Positions 63,811-64,000 of a stretch of 64,000 nucleotides of DNA are shown here, piece after piece; within the stretch, counting starts at the first letter, position 1, and each line of letters starts with the position of its first letter. Source of the DNA: a virus; IMG/VR virus record IMGVR_UViG_3300031251_000017, positions 2,336 to 66,335 of that record; one strand, 5' to 3'. Both the position numbers and the translations under genes were made by a program. The notes under the pieces are model-generated. The model saw only the letters and a list, made by a program, of their open reading frames with translations, was not told the DNA's origin and did no database searches.

Positions 63811-64000
63811 GACGATCATCCTATTCGCTCGATCGAAGGGGCGCGCCTCAAAGCGCGACCCGATCAATCAATCAATAAACAATGGAATCAAATAGTTGGT
63901 CGATCGAGCGACCCCTCCCCCTCACCCACGGTCTTGCGACACGAACAGGCAGGCCGGGGGATAGGGGGGTCAATCTCTACAGTCCTGCGGGGCCTTGACA

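Noticed and set aside
1-64000. Apparent excess of TCGA/CGATCG and scarcity of some 6-bp palindromes
   Set aside because: An impression only; it needs k-mer counts against a Markov model, which I cannot run.

Overview
The window is almost one whole genome of a GC-rich temperate siphovirus-type phage, probably of an alphaproteobacterial (Rhizobiales-like) host, judging from its GcrA, DUF932, TSCPD-like and CtrA-like genes. It starts inside terL and ends after a packaging-type HNH gene, so terS is probably just outside the window. Layout: HK97-type head and tail genes (1-19.3 kb, +); a glycosyltransferase, collagen-like fibre and FkbM-methyltransferase module (19.4-26.9 kb); lysis genes and cargo (27.5-32.9 kb); a tyrosine integrase with an intact attP carrying the 5' end of dusA (33.3-34.6 kb); a leftward early arm (34.6-47.2 kb); a cI/cro switch; a rightward replication and regulation arm (48.3-56.8 kb); repeat-delimited small early gene cassettes (57-61.8 kb, -); a tRNA(CAT); and the HNH gene. 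The standout locus is 39.3-41.6 kb. A solitary Cas7/RAMP-like gene is flanked by four non-coding arrays with strict 5-nt periodicity: a constant CGC plus a variable dinucleotide, ending in a conserved aaCGCaaCG(A/G) handle. Neighbours are a ProQ/FinO RNA chaperone, a putative winged-helix accessory gene and an HNH nuclease. This looks like a non-CRISPR RNA-guided system. All family assignments come from motif recognition by eye; no database searches were run.
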